Shown here: piece after piece, positions 51,815 to 64,000 of the stretch
Layout of the letters: every line of letters starts with the position of its first letter
How positions within the stretch are numbered: the first letter of the stretch is position 1
Source: Octopus sinensis
Taxonomy: Eukaryota
Length of the DNA: 64,000 nt
Assembly (NCBI RefSeq): GCF_006345805.1
Contig: NC_043018.1
Span: forward strand, 16,926,001 to 16,990,000
Direction: 5' to 3'
Notes under the pieces: model-generated
Told to the model about the DNA's origin: nothing
Database searches by the model: none
Seen by the model: only the letters and a program-made list of their open reading frames with translations
Translations under genes and position numbers: made by a program

Positions 51815-52354
51815 TTTCTTAAATGGCTTAAAAGCACCTTCCACGCTGCAGGTAAAAATATTTTTTATCAATGTCTTTGCTACTAAATCAGGTTTATAAA
51901 CACGCATCTACAAAAAATTAAAACAAAAACGGTGAGAAACATCCCCCCCCCCCCGGTTTTAGTTGGTTTACACAGTTGGAGATCCCTTCTAATTCCTAGC
52001 AAAACAATCTATACACGCTTTCTATACATCGAATCTATGCATCCAACGTGCATACTAAATATATCTATATAGAAGTTTCCACTTCGGTTCACCTTTGTAG
52101 CACTCAACATGGCCAACGTTGGAATAAAAGTTATTTTCCAATATAACCACCGTATAGAACAGATATGTCAATGACATTTATATTGTGACGGGGGCGGAAG
52201 AAGAAGCAGACGTAAAATTTCGAAAAGAATTCTATATTTCATCGTAAAATTTCAACATATTTCAAGCAGAATTCACATTACTGCCGCAGGTCATTTTTCG
52301 ATATAAGACTAGGAAGAAGCCATAGCAATATGTATGACAGTCATTGACAAATGA

Positions 52355-52374
52355 ACGCACACACATACACACAT

Positions 52375-52411
<37 letters not shown>

Positions 52412-52550
52412 TACACACACACAAACACACACACGCACACACAAACAAACACATAGACACACAAACACACACACATACACACACACAAACACACACACAT
52501 ACACACACAAACACATACACACACACACAAACACATACACACACACAAAG
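52355..52550. repeat. (CA)n-derived microsatellite
   Basis: Direct reading. Confidence 0.95.
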
Positions 52551-53097
52551 AGGCACTCGTCATAAGTGTAAAATATCTGAGACGAGTGTTTATAGTTTTC
52601 GTTCATTAAAGAATATATAAATATATAAATATATAAATATATAATGTCATATTATTAAAGCAACGGGACCCTCATCGTCGCAACCGACGGAGTGCTCCTA
52701 TACAGTTAATTACGACTTCTCGATTACAACATGAAACAAAACAGTAGGATTGTAAACGAGGTGATATAACAAATAAAATATCAAATAAAACTCACGTATC
52801 TGACGACATTAACTAAATGGTCATTCGTTACAAAAAAAAAACAACAAAACAATGCATGAATAAGTTATGAAAAGTATAAAACAGAACCCATCTCGCATCG
52901 CATCTAAGAGGACACTCTGAGAGCAAGAGAGCATAATTGAATAGAGTGTCGTAAATAATGAAACCAGAGAATAAGCTTCGAACAGAATAAATCAAATGAA
53001 CATCAACAACGCGAAACTGTAAACTCTGCCAGTGAAGCTGTTACATTGGATAAATGTAACATTTTCTCATTGGCAGCAGAGGAAGCATTGAAAGCGA

Positions 53098-53265
53098 GGG
53101 GCCATTGCAGAACATTGTAAAGTAGAACGGGATATAACACCTGATAAAGCACGGTTAATAGCTGACATTTTATTTAGAGATTCCACCAAATCATCGAGAC
53201 TGGTAATGAAGGTTGCTTCATTAATGGCAAAAATCGATACTCTGACGCAATTCGAATTAAAGAAT
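53098..53265 (+). mobile_element. Possible PLE GIY-YIG endonuclease C-terminal remnant
   Basis: Reads AIAEHCKVERDITPDKARLIADILFRDSTKSSRLVMKVASL, resembling PLE SA(I/V)AEH...KIL..E.....R...EA. Confidence 0.4.
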
Positions 53266-53357
53266 ATCTGTGAAAGTAACCACGGTTGGCACAATGACCA
53301 TTTTTTATTCGCGAACAAAATTTTTCCTATGTTACGTTGCTGTTTACTATAAACTTC

Positions 53358-53730
53358 GGAGGCGCAATGGCCCAGTGGTTAGGGCAGCGGACTCGCGGTT
53401 TCGATTCCCAGACCAGTCGTTGTGAGTGTTTATTGAGCGAAAACACCTAAAAAAAAGCTCCACGAGGGTCCGGCAGGGGATGGTGGTGATCCCTCCTGTA
53501 CTCTTTCACCACAACTTTCTCTCACTCTTACTCCCTGTTTCTGTTGTACCTGTATTTCAAAGGGCCGGCCTTGTCACTATCTGTGTCACGCTGAATATCC
53601 CCGAGAACTACGTTAAGGGTAGACGTGTCTGTGGAGTGCTCAGCCACTTACACGTTAATTTCACGAGCAGGCTGTTCCGTTGATTCGGTCAACCGGAACC
53701 CTCGTCGTCGTAACCGACGGAGTGCTTCCA
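53358..53730 (+). mobile_element. SINE family C
   Basis: Match to the 7406 copy with a small head deletion; 12-bp TSD ACTATAAACTTC at 53346-53357 and 53730-53741. Confidence 0.92.
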
Positions 53731-54279
53731 CTATAAACTTCATAACCAGCTGATCTAGCAAGCGGGGCCTCATATCAGTGAGGGGGAGCCGGTGCGCATT
53801 GATGCCGTCGAGAGGCAGGCCCCGAAACGGCGCGCATTCTCTCCTGATGACCCCATACACTTGCTAGCTTCCGGTATACGGAGCTTTTGACTGGTAGCGC
53901 TTGCATGTGCAAGTTGTTTGCAAGACATTGCTGTTTACGATAAACACGTCAAGCGACATTTAATTCGGAATACAAGAACGAGAAGATCTCGAAATTTTAA
54001 TGCAATTAGGAAGGTTGCTTTCCCTAAACAAAAAATAATGGTCTAAGAAGTAAATATAAAATATCTTTAGTGAAAGATTACAATCTAAATGCCACATCTT
54101 CTATAGGCACATGTAATACATATACCCACATGTGTATGTGTGTGTGAATGTATAGACATGTGTGCGTCTCATTGTCTTTCATGGTTGCACATGTGGACTG
54201 CATGGGTTAAGTGTGTTTTATGATTTGTCCATTCGTAACAAGAGTCCTTAAGAGAAATCATTGTGTGTGTGTGCCAGTG

Positions 54280-54319
54280 GATAGATAGATAGATAGATAG
54301 ATTAGATAGATAGATAGAT

Positions 54320-54385
<66 letters not shown>
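54280..54385. repeat. (TAGA)n microsatellite
   Basis: Direct reading. Confidence 0.95.
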
Positions 54386-54386
<1 letters not shown>

Positions 54387-55559
54387 GAGTTTACCCGTGG
54401 CTAAGAGTTGTTCTGACTCCTATTTCTAGCAATGCTGGTGCTGTCTAGCATCCTTAGTCACCTTAATGATGTCACTACTTGTTACTTTTCGTTGTAAATT
54501 GCAAATAAGCCATCTTAAGTATTTATATATTTATCATTAGAATTACGTTTCCATTCGAATTACGTTTCCTGTCTCTCGCCAAAATAGTAAGTCTTCCGTA
54601 CCGCCTTTGATTAATTAATAACTATATTTCTATAACGAATAAAGAATGGCAGTTCTTTAGTTTAAAATGTCTCCATTTTGTAGATCTTCCACTGGAGTAA
54701 AGTGAGAGAACTGTGTTTACTCTTTCTCCGTATCTCTGTAGAAAATCGGAGAAAAGACAATACAATGATATACACAGTATTCATATTTTCTGCACTAGTG
54801 TGATCTTTTCGGTGAAGAAGTGGCATTTCATTTTCACCGATTGCTGTCAAATATATCTGGAATCTTCTTAAAACTAAGCCGTCAACGCGTCAAAAGCACA
54901 GTTGGAATATATGAGTGAAACGTTCAAGTTAAATGAAATCCGGCGGGAAATGTGCGTAAGTAAAGCCGAGGTGAACGTGTACAAGTGTCAGAAACAGACG
55001 TCAAGAAATAGTATATCAATAACACCAATCATTTCTGTCTTTTTGTTTTCTTTTTAGCTAGAGAAGGACACCTCAGATAAATTAGAATTACGATCAGTTC
55101 CCGTTGGTAGGGAGCAACCCTTTTATGCTTTAATTTGAATCGGTGGGATGTGATTTGTTGATTTGGCTATGATTGAGAACTGCTCAAAGGACTAAATCGA
55201 GCGAGTGGCTAATATTGAGTACTGATCGAAGGACTAAGTCGAGCGTCTCCTATGGACACATGCGAGACAAGAAACCAGAAGCCATTTTGGACAGATTATA
55301 GCAAGACATTGTAAAAGAGGCACAGTGCATTTCTCTGTAACCTATAAATCCCGCATCTACCTCGCTTTATTTTCTCTTAATCCCAGTAATTCTATGAAAT
55401 ACCCCACATAAAATGTGAAGAGATATAATTTAGTAATTCAAATAGGTCGAATAGTAGGTGGCGTTATTACTGCATTACATACAACGTTCCGTCGTGTGTA
55501 TTTCTATGATCTTAGATAAGTGCAAACTAATTCTTAATAATATTTATCGCAATTTTAAG

Positions 55560-55740
55560 GAGGCGAGCTGGCAATCTCCTTAGTAGGGCGTGTAAAATGC
55601 TCAACGAAATTTCCTCGGTGTTTACGTTCAGAGTTCAATTTCTGCCGCGAATGACTTTGCCTTTGATCCTTTGCAGGTCGATAAAATAAGTACAAGCTGA
55701 GCCATGGGGCCGATATAACTAACTTCCACGAAATTGGTGA
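55560..55740 (+). mobile_element. Old family B-related SINE
   Basis: AGGCGAGCTGGCAA...GAGTTCAAT...GACTTTGCCTTT..ATCC; diverged. Confidence 0.6.
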
Positions 55741-55822
55741 AACCAACATTAATTTAATTTCATTTAAAAATAAAGTTCATCCGAAAACTATTGCTCTGAG
55801 TAATTTATTTAACTATATTGTA

Positions 55823-56237
55823 AGGCGGCGAGCTGGTAGACACGTTAGCGCGCTGGGCGAAATGCGTAGCTGTATTTCGTCTGTCGTTACGTTCTGAGTT
55901 CATATTCCGCCGAGGTCGACTATGCCTTTCATCCTTTCGGGGTCGATTAAATAAGTATCAGTTACGCACTGGGGTCGATATAACCGACTTAAACCATTTG
56001 TCTGTCCTTGTTTGTCCTCTCTGTGTTTAGCCCCTTGTGGGTAGTAAAGAAATGAGTATGTCGTCTGTCGTTACGTTTTGAGTTCAAATTCCGCCGAGGT
56101 CGACTTTGCCTTTCATCCTTTCGAGGTAGATAAATAAAGTACCAGTTTGGCACTGTGGTCGATCTAATCGACTTAATCCGTTTGTCCGTCCTTGTTTGTC
56201 CCTTCTATGTTTAGCCCCTTGTGGGCAGTAAAGAAAT
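55823..56237 (+). mobile_element. SINE family B plus a tandem 5'-truncated second copy
   Basis: Full copy to about 56052, restart at TCGTCTGTCGTTACG; TATATTGTAA on both outer flanks. Confidence 0.88.
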
Positions 56238-56990
56238 ATATATTGTAACGCCATCTAGTTATGATGATTGTCGCTGTCAATATTTACCTGGAACTAGTTG
56301 CATGATATGAAAGTATGGATGAGAACTATATAATGCAACAGTCAGACGTAAGACGAGTGTCTGGAGCTCTCACCATGACACCCACCACCAGAGCTACACT
56401 TTGCCAACGTAAAACCAGATTTTATTCCATCGAGAATTAACTTCCATGTTGCTTCACTAAATAAATTGTCATAATCAGTATTTGTATTAATATTTATACT
56501 TGCTCTTCATAGACAATGCAATCGAGTGTCATTTTCTATTAATTCATCTCTGCAAACAAACACACATATATCATTTACAAACACGCTTGCCTCCAGCTAA
56601 CACACACACACACACACACATGCATATACCATATACTTATATTTGTTTTCTACCTCAAACCTATATGCCTTCTGTCCACACCGGTCTTACAGATTCATAG
56701 AAATATGCAAATCATATTGGCATCAATTTTATGTCGACAAATAATTAGATTTAAACCGAAAAAGAAAAGTAAAAATGCTTTTTATAATATTTCAGCCAGG
56801 TGAAATGCGCGCGCACACACATACACACGCACTCTCTCTGTCTCTTGCACACACACCCGCATACACCCACACACACACACACACATACACAAACACACAC
56901 ACTCATACTGAAGCAAAACACTTACACTGAGTATGTGTAGTTGATAATGTATATATAAATATATATATATATATTTATGTTTGCGTGTGT

Positions 56991-57025
<35 letters not shown>

Positions 57026-57254
57026 GGAGAGTAAGTGAAAGAGCAAGAGAGAGAGACCGAGAGAGAAAGTGAAAGAGAGAGAGTGAAAGAAAGACTGGTT
57101 GTGTACGAAAGTGAGGCAATCATAGTATCACCATCTGTATAACGTCATAGACCGTTGCCTGGCAACGTGCGCTAATGTATTCCCTTCTACACATCACTGA
57201 ATACCGACTTAGTATAGTGGCTTATAGCAGCGAACTTTTGTCTATAGTGACGCG

Positions 57255-57656
57255 TGTATATATATATATATGCATATATATATATGTGTGTGTGTGTATG
57301 TACGTATGTATGTATATATGTATGCTTGTATATATGTATGCTTGTATGTATGTATGTATGTATGTATGCTTGTATATATGTATGTATGTATGTATGCTTG
57401 TATGTATGTATGTATGTATGTACGTACGTATGTATGTTTGTATGTATGTATGTACGTATGTATGGATGTTTGTATGTATGTATGTATGCTTGTATGTATG
57501 TATGTATGTATGTATGTATGTATGCTTGTATGTATGTATGTATGTATGTATGTATGTATGTATGTATGTATGTATGTATGCTTGTATATATATATATATA
57601 TATGTATGCTTGTATGTATGTATGTATATATGCTTGTATGTATGTATGTATGTATG

Positions 57657-57687
<31 letters not shown>

Positions 57688-57720
57688 GTATGTATGTATG
57701 TATGTATGCATATATGCGTG
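57255..57720. repeat. (TATG)n array with TATGCTTG interruptions
   Basis: Direct reading. Confidence 0.95.
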
Positions 57721-58299
57721 CGTCTCTGTGCGTGTGTATGTCTCTGTGCATGCGTGTGTCTCTGTGCGTGCGTCTGTGCGAGTGTGTGAGCGTATACTTA
57801 CCGCTATATAGTAATTCTTGTGGATGTACAAATGTGTTTGTGTATTATAACATGTCTCCCACTCACTCGCTCTCTTTTTCTCTCTTTTGTTCTCTTCCAC
57901 CCCTCTCTCTCTCTCTCTCTCTCTATTGCCATTTCTCTGCTCTCCCTCTCAGCTCTAAATGTGTGTGTGTGTGTGCGTGCGCGTAGATGGGTGCGTCTGC
58001 ATGTTTGCGTGTATACGCGTATGCGCTTGCGTTGGCTCTGCGCTTGTCAGCGTGCGGGTGTCTCGTTATAGACATTGATTCGATTGCGTTCTTCAGTCAT
58101 GCTACAAACACATTTTCCACGAACACACACACACACGAACGTTTGTGTGGGCGGGGCCGCGGTCATTCACTGGAGGTCCAGATCAGGAGTTCTCAACCGG
58201 CCTCCATTTAACCCTCGAAGTTCCACATAAATTTTTGTTAAAACTTATCTCCAATAAACCTCCGTTATCCTTTTATACAAAGTATTCTTAATCCTTTAT

Positions 58300-59440
58300 C
58301 CGATTCCTAATGATATTTAATTACAAAAAAATAGGATTTTCTAAACGTCGAATATCTATAAGGGTCCATTCGAATAAAATAGGAATTAAAGGGAGCACAT
58401 ATATTCTTACACTATTGGTCTACCGTAAATGTCAGTCCAATAATCGTTCTATTCGCTTCCGCCCCGCTGAAACCAGTGCCGTGAAGTTACCCTTTAAACT
58501 GTTGCTGGGCAAAACCTACCGGGAAGGTGATTCCAGACGGTTTTCTATTCTGGGGAGGAAAGGCTTGCCATTGTGGTTAGTGTGGGGAATGGACTTGGGT
58601 GGCCATAAAAGTAGTGCGAGAGAAAAAAGGGACTCAAGTAATACTGGAGGGTCTGCGAGGAGAAGGTACAAAGGACATTCAGTTCGCAGGACATATTGAA
58701 TTTACTGGACAACGTCCATTGCTAAAGGCTGTTACTTTTCCGGTAGAAATGTTACGGGTGAATATAAGAAGACGGTAGATTGTTTTGTGAGAAAGATTGC
58801 CTCTGATTGAAGTGGGACACGCTGAAGACGGCTTTCAAAAGGCAGAGTGCATCACCGTAGAGACAGAGATATTAAACGGTTTGGTTAATATAGAAGGAGC
58901 AAGTTGTGGAGCCCTTTACAAATCTGTCACTCATTCGGTTACGAGGTCGAGAGTTCCATTGGATGAGATTGTCCTGCTGTTAGATGTTTAGCATTTGGTT
59001 TTACAGCTATAACAGAATGTACTCCTTGGAGGACTTAGGTCATAGAAATTAATGTTTGTGGTGCGTGGAGAAACGTGCTTAAAAAGGTAATCATGTTTAC
59101 TGGTTTAGCTCTTTAGCGCGGCAAAATGATAATTAGCATAAAACCAGTCAGCTGACTTGAAGTACCATAGGGTCCGGAGTGAAATTTGAGGTTGTGTTTT
59201 GAATAGTTGAACAGAGTCAGGATTTGGTAGGGGTTTGGTTTCAAGGTGAGAAAAGGATCAATAGAGATTAGAATGTATGTATATTGAGTGGGGGTGGGGT
59301 GATTTCGGAAGGAAAACAAACTAAAGTAAAATGATAGCAAAAGTTTAGTCTCCTGAGGTGGAATGGAATGGAAAATGAATGTCAGGAGGAGGTACCAGCG
59401 CTGAAGCCCCTAAATGGAATGACTTCTGAGTAAGAAAACG
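58300..59440 (-). mobile_element. Possible degraded APE-type LINE ORF2 (endonuclease region)
   Basis: Minus strand has ..RGFSA.. followed by PQETKLL (cf. WN.RG / LQET of APE domains) and C-rich coding-like composition; heavily decayed. Confidence 0.35.
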
Positions 59441-60975
59441 TGAACTATATGAATTTAATAAAGACGGAGTTCTGAAGAAGTTGCAGGGGATGGTTTGAAG
59501 CGTCCCCTGGGAAAGAAAAAGGTGAAGAAGGAAGAGAAAGACATTGTACCTGAATAATTGATGACTACAGTTGCTTCAGTCCAGGTGAGAAAAATGAGTG
59601 AGGGGGAGGGACAGAGAGAGAGAGGGGGGGAGGAGAAAGGGAGTGCACACGTTTTGAAGTGAAGTTTGATTAGGGAATGTAACACTGGACAACGGACATG
59701 GACAGTGAAAAAGGTTTGAAAAATTTGTGAGAGAGTGGAAAGCTTGTGGTTTGGTTTTCAGTAATTGTTGCCAGGTGGAAGGGTGTGTATGTGTATGTGT
59801 ATGTGTATGTGAGTAGACACAGATGTGTATGTGTACATATACACAGATGTGTGTTTGCAGGGAATTTGCGGTTTCCGCGTCACTTCTCGGCGTCTTGATC
59901 ACGTGTCATGTCATATTTTTACCCCTTATCATAGAAGATGGATAAATGTATCAGAGGGTACTGTGTGCTAGTCCATGGGTAACATTGAATCTCAGTAAGA
60001 ATGAACGTGTGCGCGCGGAATACTCAGCAACATACACGCAGGAGATTTAGTTTACGAGTTCGAAAGACTGGGAGAAAAATCGTCAAAAGTTTGGAAAAAT
60101 TATTTTCTTGTAATGCTGGTGGGGGTGGATGTGGTTTGTACTGGGTTGTTTTTTCCTGTATTTTCCTTTGTGTGTGCTTGTATGAGGTGATTGTGTGTGT
60201 TTGTGTGTGTGTGCGTTTGTGTGTGTGATAATACTTGATGTGTGCGTGTATGTGCGCGTAAGAGCAATTTTACAGATGGCACGGCTTCGTTAATTTCATG
60301 TTTCAACATGTGTTCGTCTGTGTTCATGAGACCAGGCTTGTATTTGCGATTGTGTATAAGTGCGTGTGTGTGTGTGAGTGTATGTGCACGCGCACACGTG
60401 TGTGTGTGTGTGTGTGTGTGATTATTTTCTCTATCAGTATGCATACACACACACCCACCCGCACGCAATGATATGATAGAGAAGTGGCATTTATCCTGGC
60501 CTTGAAGCCCCGTTGCGTTCTCAGCTGTCAGCAAGTCTGCTATTATTGACTGACAAAATGGTAAGCATTTCTGGGAAGTTGCTTCTGGAATTCCCAAGAT
60601 AGCCACCGTATTTGCTTGTTCTTGAATGAATATTTCTCCAGTGACACGGCAGAGCATTTCAACGTTTAACACTCAAAAACAGAATAATTAAAACATCATG
60701 TCACATACTCTAACAATTCTGCATGACCTTCGCATTGTACTTTATTTTCCCACCCCCAAAAGGCTGAAAAGCAAAGATGGCACGGGCGTGATGTGAACTC
60801 AGAACCAATATTAGGACTAACAGTACATATCATTCTATCCTGTGCACCTCTAACGACTCTGCACCTTGTCGAATTCTATTTACGTGAGTGATATCGAGTG
60901 TATATATGGGGATAGCAGTACTCATATTAGTGAATGTATTTATGGTGATACAACTCGCATCCCTCATATATATAT

Positions 60976-61371
60976 CTAGCAGTATCGCCCGGCGTTGCTC
61001 GGGTTTGTAAGGGAAATAACTATATAAGCATTTTTAGAGATGTAAAGTATAATAGCCATCTCAATATGGCTAACCACAAAGGGGGGTGTGTTACTGTAGC
61101 TTTTTACGTTCTGAGATTTAATAATGAATTTTTAGAGAGTTACTTCCCTTATATATGCCAAAAATGCATTAAAATGGGAAAAATTGATGGTAAATTTTTT
61201 TTGAAATCGTAGACTCATCGTAGACGCGCGCTAATACCCAGAAGGGCTCGATATGAATCACGACTATAAGATACCCGGTTTTGGTTAAACTGCACCGCAA
61301 AATGTGGGAGTAGTTAGGAATCTAAATCGTAGGAGACAGACAGCACACAACCTCTCTTTCATATATAAAGA
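60976..61371 (-). mobile_element. Non-autonomous Helitron (copy 3)
   Basis: Near-identical to 21832-22229; TC start, hairpin, CTAG end, A/T site. Confidence 0.82.
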
Positions 61372-64000
61372 TATCTGTGTGCTTTTACGTGAGTGCCTAT
61401 GTGTTTGTGTATGTATGTGGGTCGTTATGATTGTATGCTATATACGCTTTTGTGTATAGCTGCGTATGTGTTCGTACTGTATGTGTGCTCAAAAATTCAT
61501 GGGTTCGCATATGGATACCTTTCTACTCATCTTTGGTTCCAAGTCTGTTTTAGGCAAAAGATCCAGTTACTAGAGGTACTCTGGACAGTGATATTAAACT
61601 CTGTACTCTATTTAGTAGAGTACCATAAGATACTGTTACTATATCTAGGACCATTCAGTTTGTCCTACTTTAAAACTGGTTGAGTGTGATCAATCGAAGA
61701 CCTAGAGGTCCCTGAATAAAACGTGTTGCCCTCGTTTGCTCAAGTATGGAAATTAGGGCTAATGAAAACAGTGTAATATTTTATTAAAACAATTATGTTA
61801 ATTGCCTACGATTTGCCATCAAGCGTGTAATGACTGGGGTTTTAATTATACACAGTTTCCGTGTCCTGTGGCTGAATATCTTCTGTTGGAGCGGGTGGTG
61901 TACGGAATCCGGATATTCTGAAATTATGATGAATGGAAATAACATAAAAAATCAGTTAATTAGTTTTAATATCTAGTATATACCAAATTGCGTATGGTTT
62001 ATTGTCTATATGTGAGTGTAGAAATATAAGTATACAAATATGTATGTATATATGAACTCATGTATGTGTCTTTCAATTTACACCATGTATGTGTGTATAG
62101 ATCACATTTGAAACACGTGCTTACAAAACAAATACACACACACACACATATCCTTATCCTTGCAATAAGTGATCAAAGTTTCCCCCGCCAGCAATACACT
62201 AAATCTCGGAAGAAAAGTTAGAGCGTTGAACAAAATAACTTGTGGTATTTGTTTCTAGGGAGACAACCGTCTCCCTTGAAATTTTAAATCCGGCCCTAAT
62301 AATATTTGCATTTAATTTTCCAAGGACGATAAAATAAACTTCCAACTAGACTAAAAACGCTGGATTATTGGGGTTGCAGACCCTGTCCTAATCTGTCCCC
62401 ATATAGGCATTTTCACAGGAGCGTTGATGGATTTAACGGGGTCTAAATTGCAAGAAGCATTTTGAGTAACTCGGGAACTCTGGAATATACGGATCTTGGA
62501 CAACTGTGCAAACCTGTCCACCCATTCTTAAATAGCGGAACACGATTTGAAGGGGTTTTAGTTGTTATTTCTAGCAAGTGGATCGATTGCCTGTACGATA
62601 TTTCTGTTCTTTTAAACATATTTGTGAAACGAGGGTAATTAGACTGCTAATTAGAGTAAATCTATTTACCACGTAAATCCTCATCAGTTGTGTAATGTTG
62701 TGAAACCCTCCAAAACTAACCCTTCTACTGTGAACCATTTCCGTGTAATGTATTGCAGTCGATTAACTTCAGGACATTCACGAAAGACTCTCGTGAATAA
62801 GTCACTCCGGCCGTGACCATCCTGTCTATATTTTGTCTTTCAGACATCGATATACTGTCTAGAGGATCACTATAGGTAATAATCTGAGGGAGAGTTGGCT
62901 GTTATTTCTTAACTAGCTGTTATTTCTTAAGCAGCCATGCAAACGACTCCCTGTTTGTTTAAAGAAGAGTTACCTGTCTTTCCTTTGATGTGTATTGATT
63001 ACTGGCAGTGGGAGACTCTAAGAAATCGTACAACCTAGTCAAAATAGCAGCTAAATAACTCTCAAATCACGCCCAGTATCATTAAAATAATAATATCATT
63101 AAAATTATGTAATGACGGGTTATATATCCATAGAAACGCTGAATGGCTATGACTGGAACACCTTCATTCATGAATCTTTTCAATCAAACCCGATCTGAGA
63201 TTAAAGAGTAATTACGATTAGGTTTCGAAAGCGAGTCTCTAATTTCGTTTATGTGGAGTTAGGCTAAACTACGGTTATTGCTTCAAGAGTAAGTAAACGT
63301 TAAACTCTTCATATATCTTCTCTCTCTCTGTCTCTCTGTCTCTCTCTATCTCTTACTCCTCTCCCTGTATAATTGTGTGTGTATACACCTCCCGCTTCTA
63401 TCTTTCTATCTTTCATTCTCTTTCTCAAGGGAATTAAAAAATGTCTGCCGCTGTCAACAGTTGAAACATGTCATATCACTATCACCAATCAAAACCATCA
63501 GTCCTATCTTGATACACATGGAATAAAGTCGATACACAACAAATATCTAGATAAACATGTACACACGTTACACACACACACACACACACACACATACACA
63601 CAATCAGTGACACGTATACACGTGAATGTAACCCACATGCTAGAGGTGGTATTCGATATTTTAAAGGTCAAATATTGTGATTCGTAAATAATTATAGTTT
63701 TATTGATGTAAATAATTACAGAGCTTGAAGTGATATCGGAGGAGGTTGTGATTAGAATCTTTTTAGCGTGTTGACATTTCTAAGACTTTCACTTTGGGTT
63801 TCGCTTCGGGTGACGCTTCTGTTTTGGGTTAAGGTTGTTGTTGTATACCCTCGGCTTATTGAGGATCAGCACGTCTATTAGAGTCGCTGTTAGGTGCTTG
63901 TGCGTGTGTGTGTGCGTGTGTGTATGTATGTACGTTGCATATATATCTATGTGTGTGTGTACATTTTAAATGGATCTCCATCGGTTTCAGAGGTCGGTAT

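Noticed and set aside
60480-60672. Non-repetitive minus-strand ORF segment (NTVAILGIPE...) as a host exon or LINE ORF1
   Set aside because: Only a faint likeness to the LINE ORF1 N.RI.GIPE motif; splice sites are weak; no recognisable family. It needs BLAST or RNA-seq.

Overview
AT-rich, repeat-saturated eukaryotic DNA with no host protein-coding exon that I can support. The SINE/LINE repertoire and microsatellite load suggest an octopus (inference, not a database match). Main content: (1) one near full-length, lesioned Dong/R4-clade retrotransposon (RT plus restriction-like endonuclease) at 34862-38842 sitting inside a (TAA)n tract, plus five degraded or truncated R4 copies; (2) three abundant tRNA-derived SINE families, several with TSDs or nested insertions; (3) RTE, Penelope-like (PLE) and APE-LINE remnants; (4) three non-autonomous Helitron copies and a fossil 23-aa-repeat ORF; (5) two minisatellites with higher-order structure and many microsatellites, which account for almost all of the long ORFs in the track; (6) a 100-N gap. 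The most unusual part is 45.9-51.9 kb. It holds four unrelated long inverted repeats (arms 96-256 bp) and several type I hammerhead-ribozyme folds in short ORF-less elements anchored at (TA)n tracts. One of these is a 200-bp spacer-less palindrome carrying a hammerhead on each strand, and several others have non-canonical catalytic cores. All folds were read by eye; none were computed or tested.
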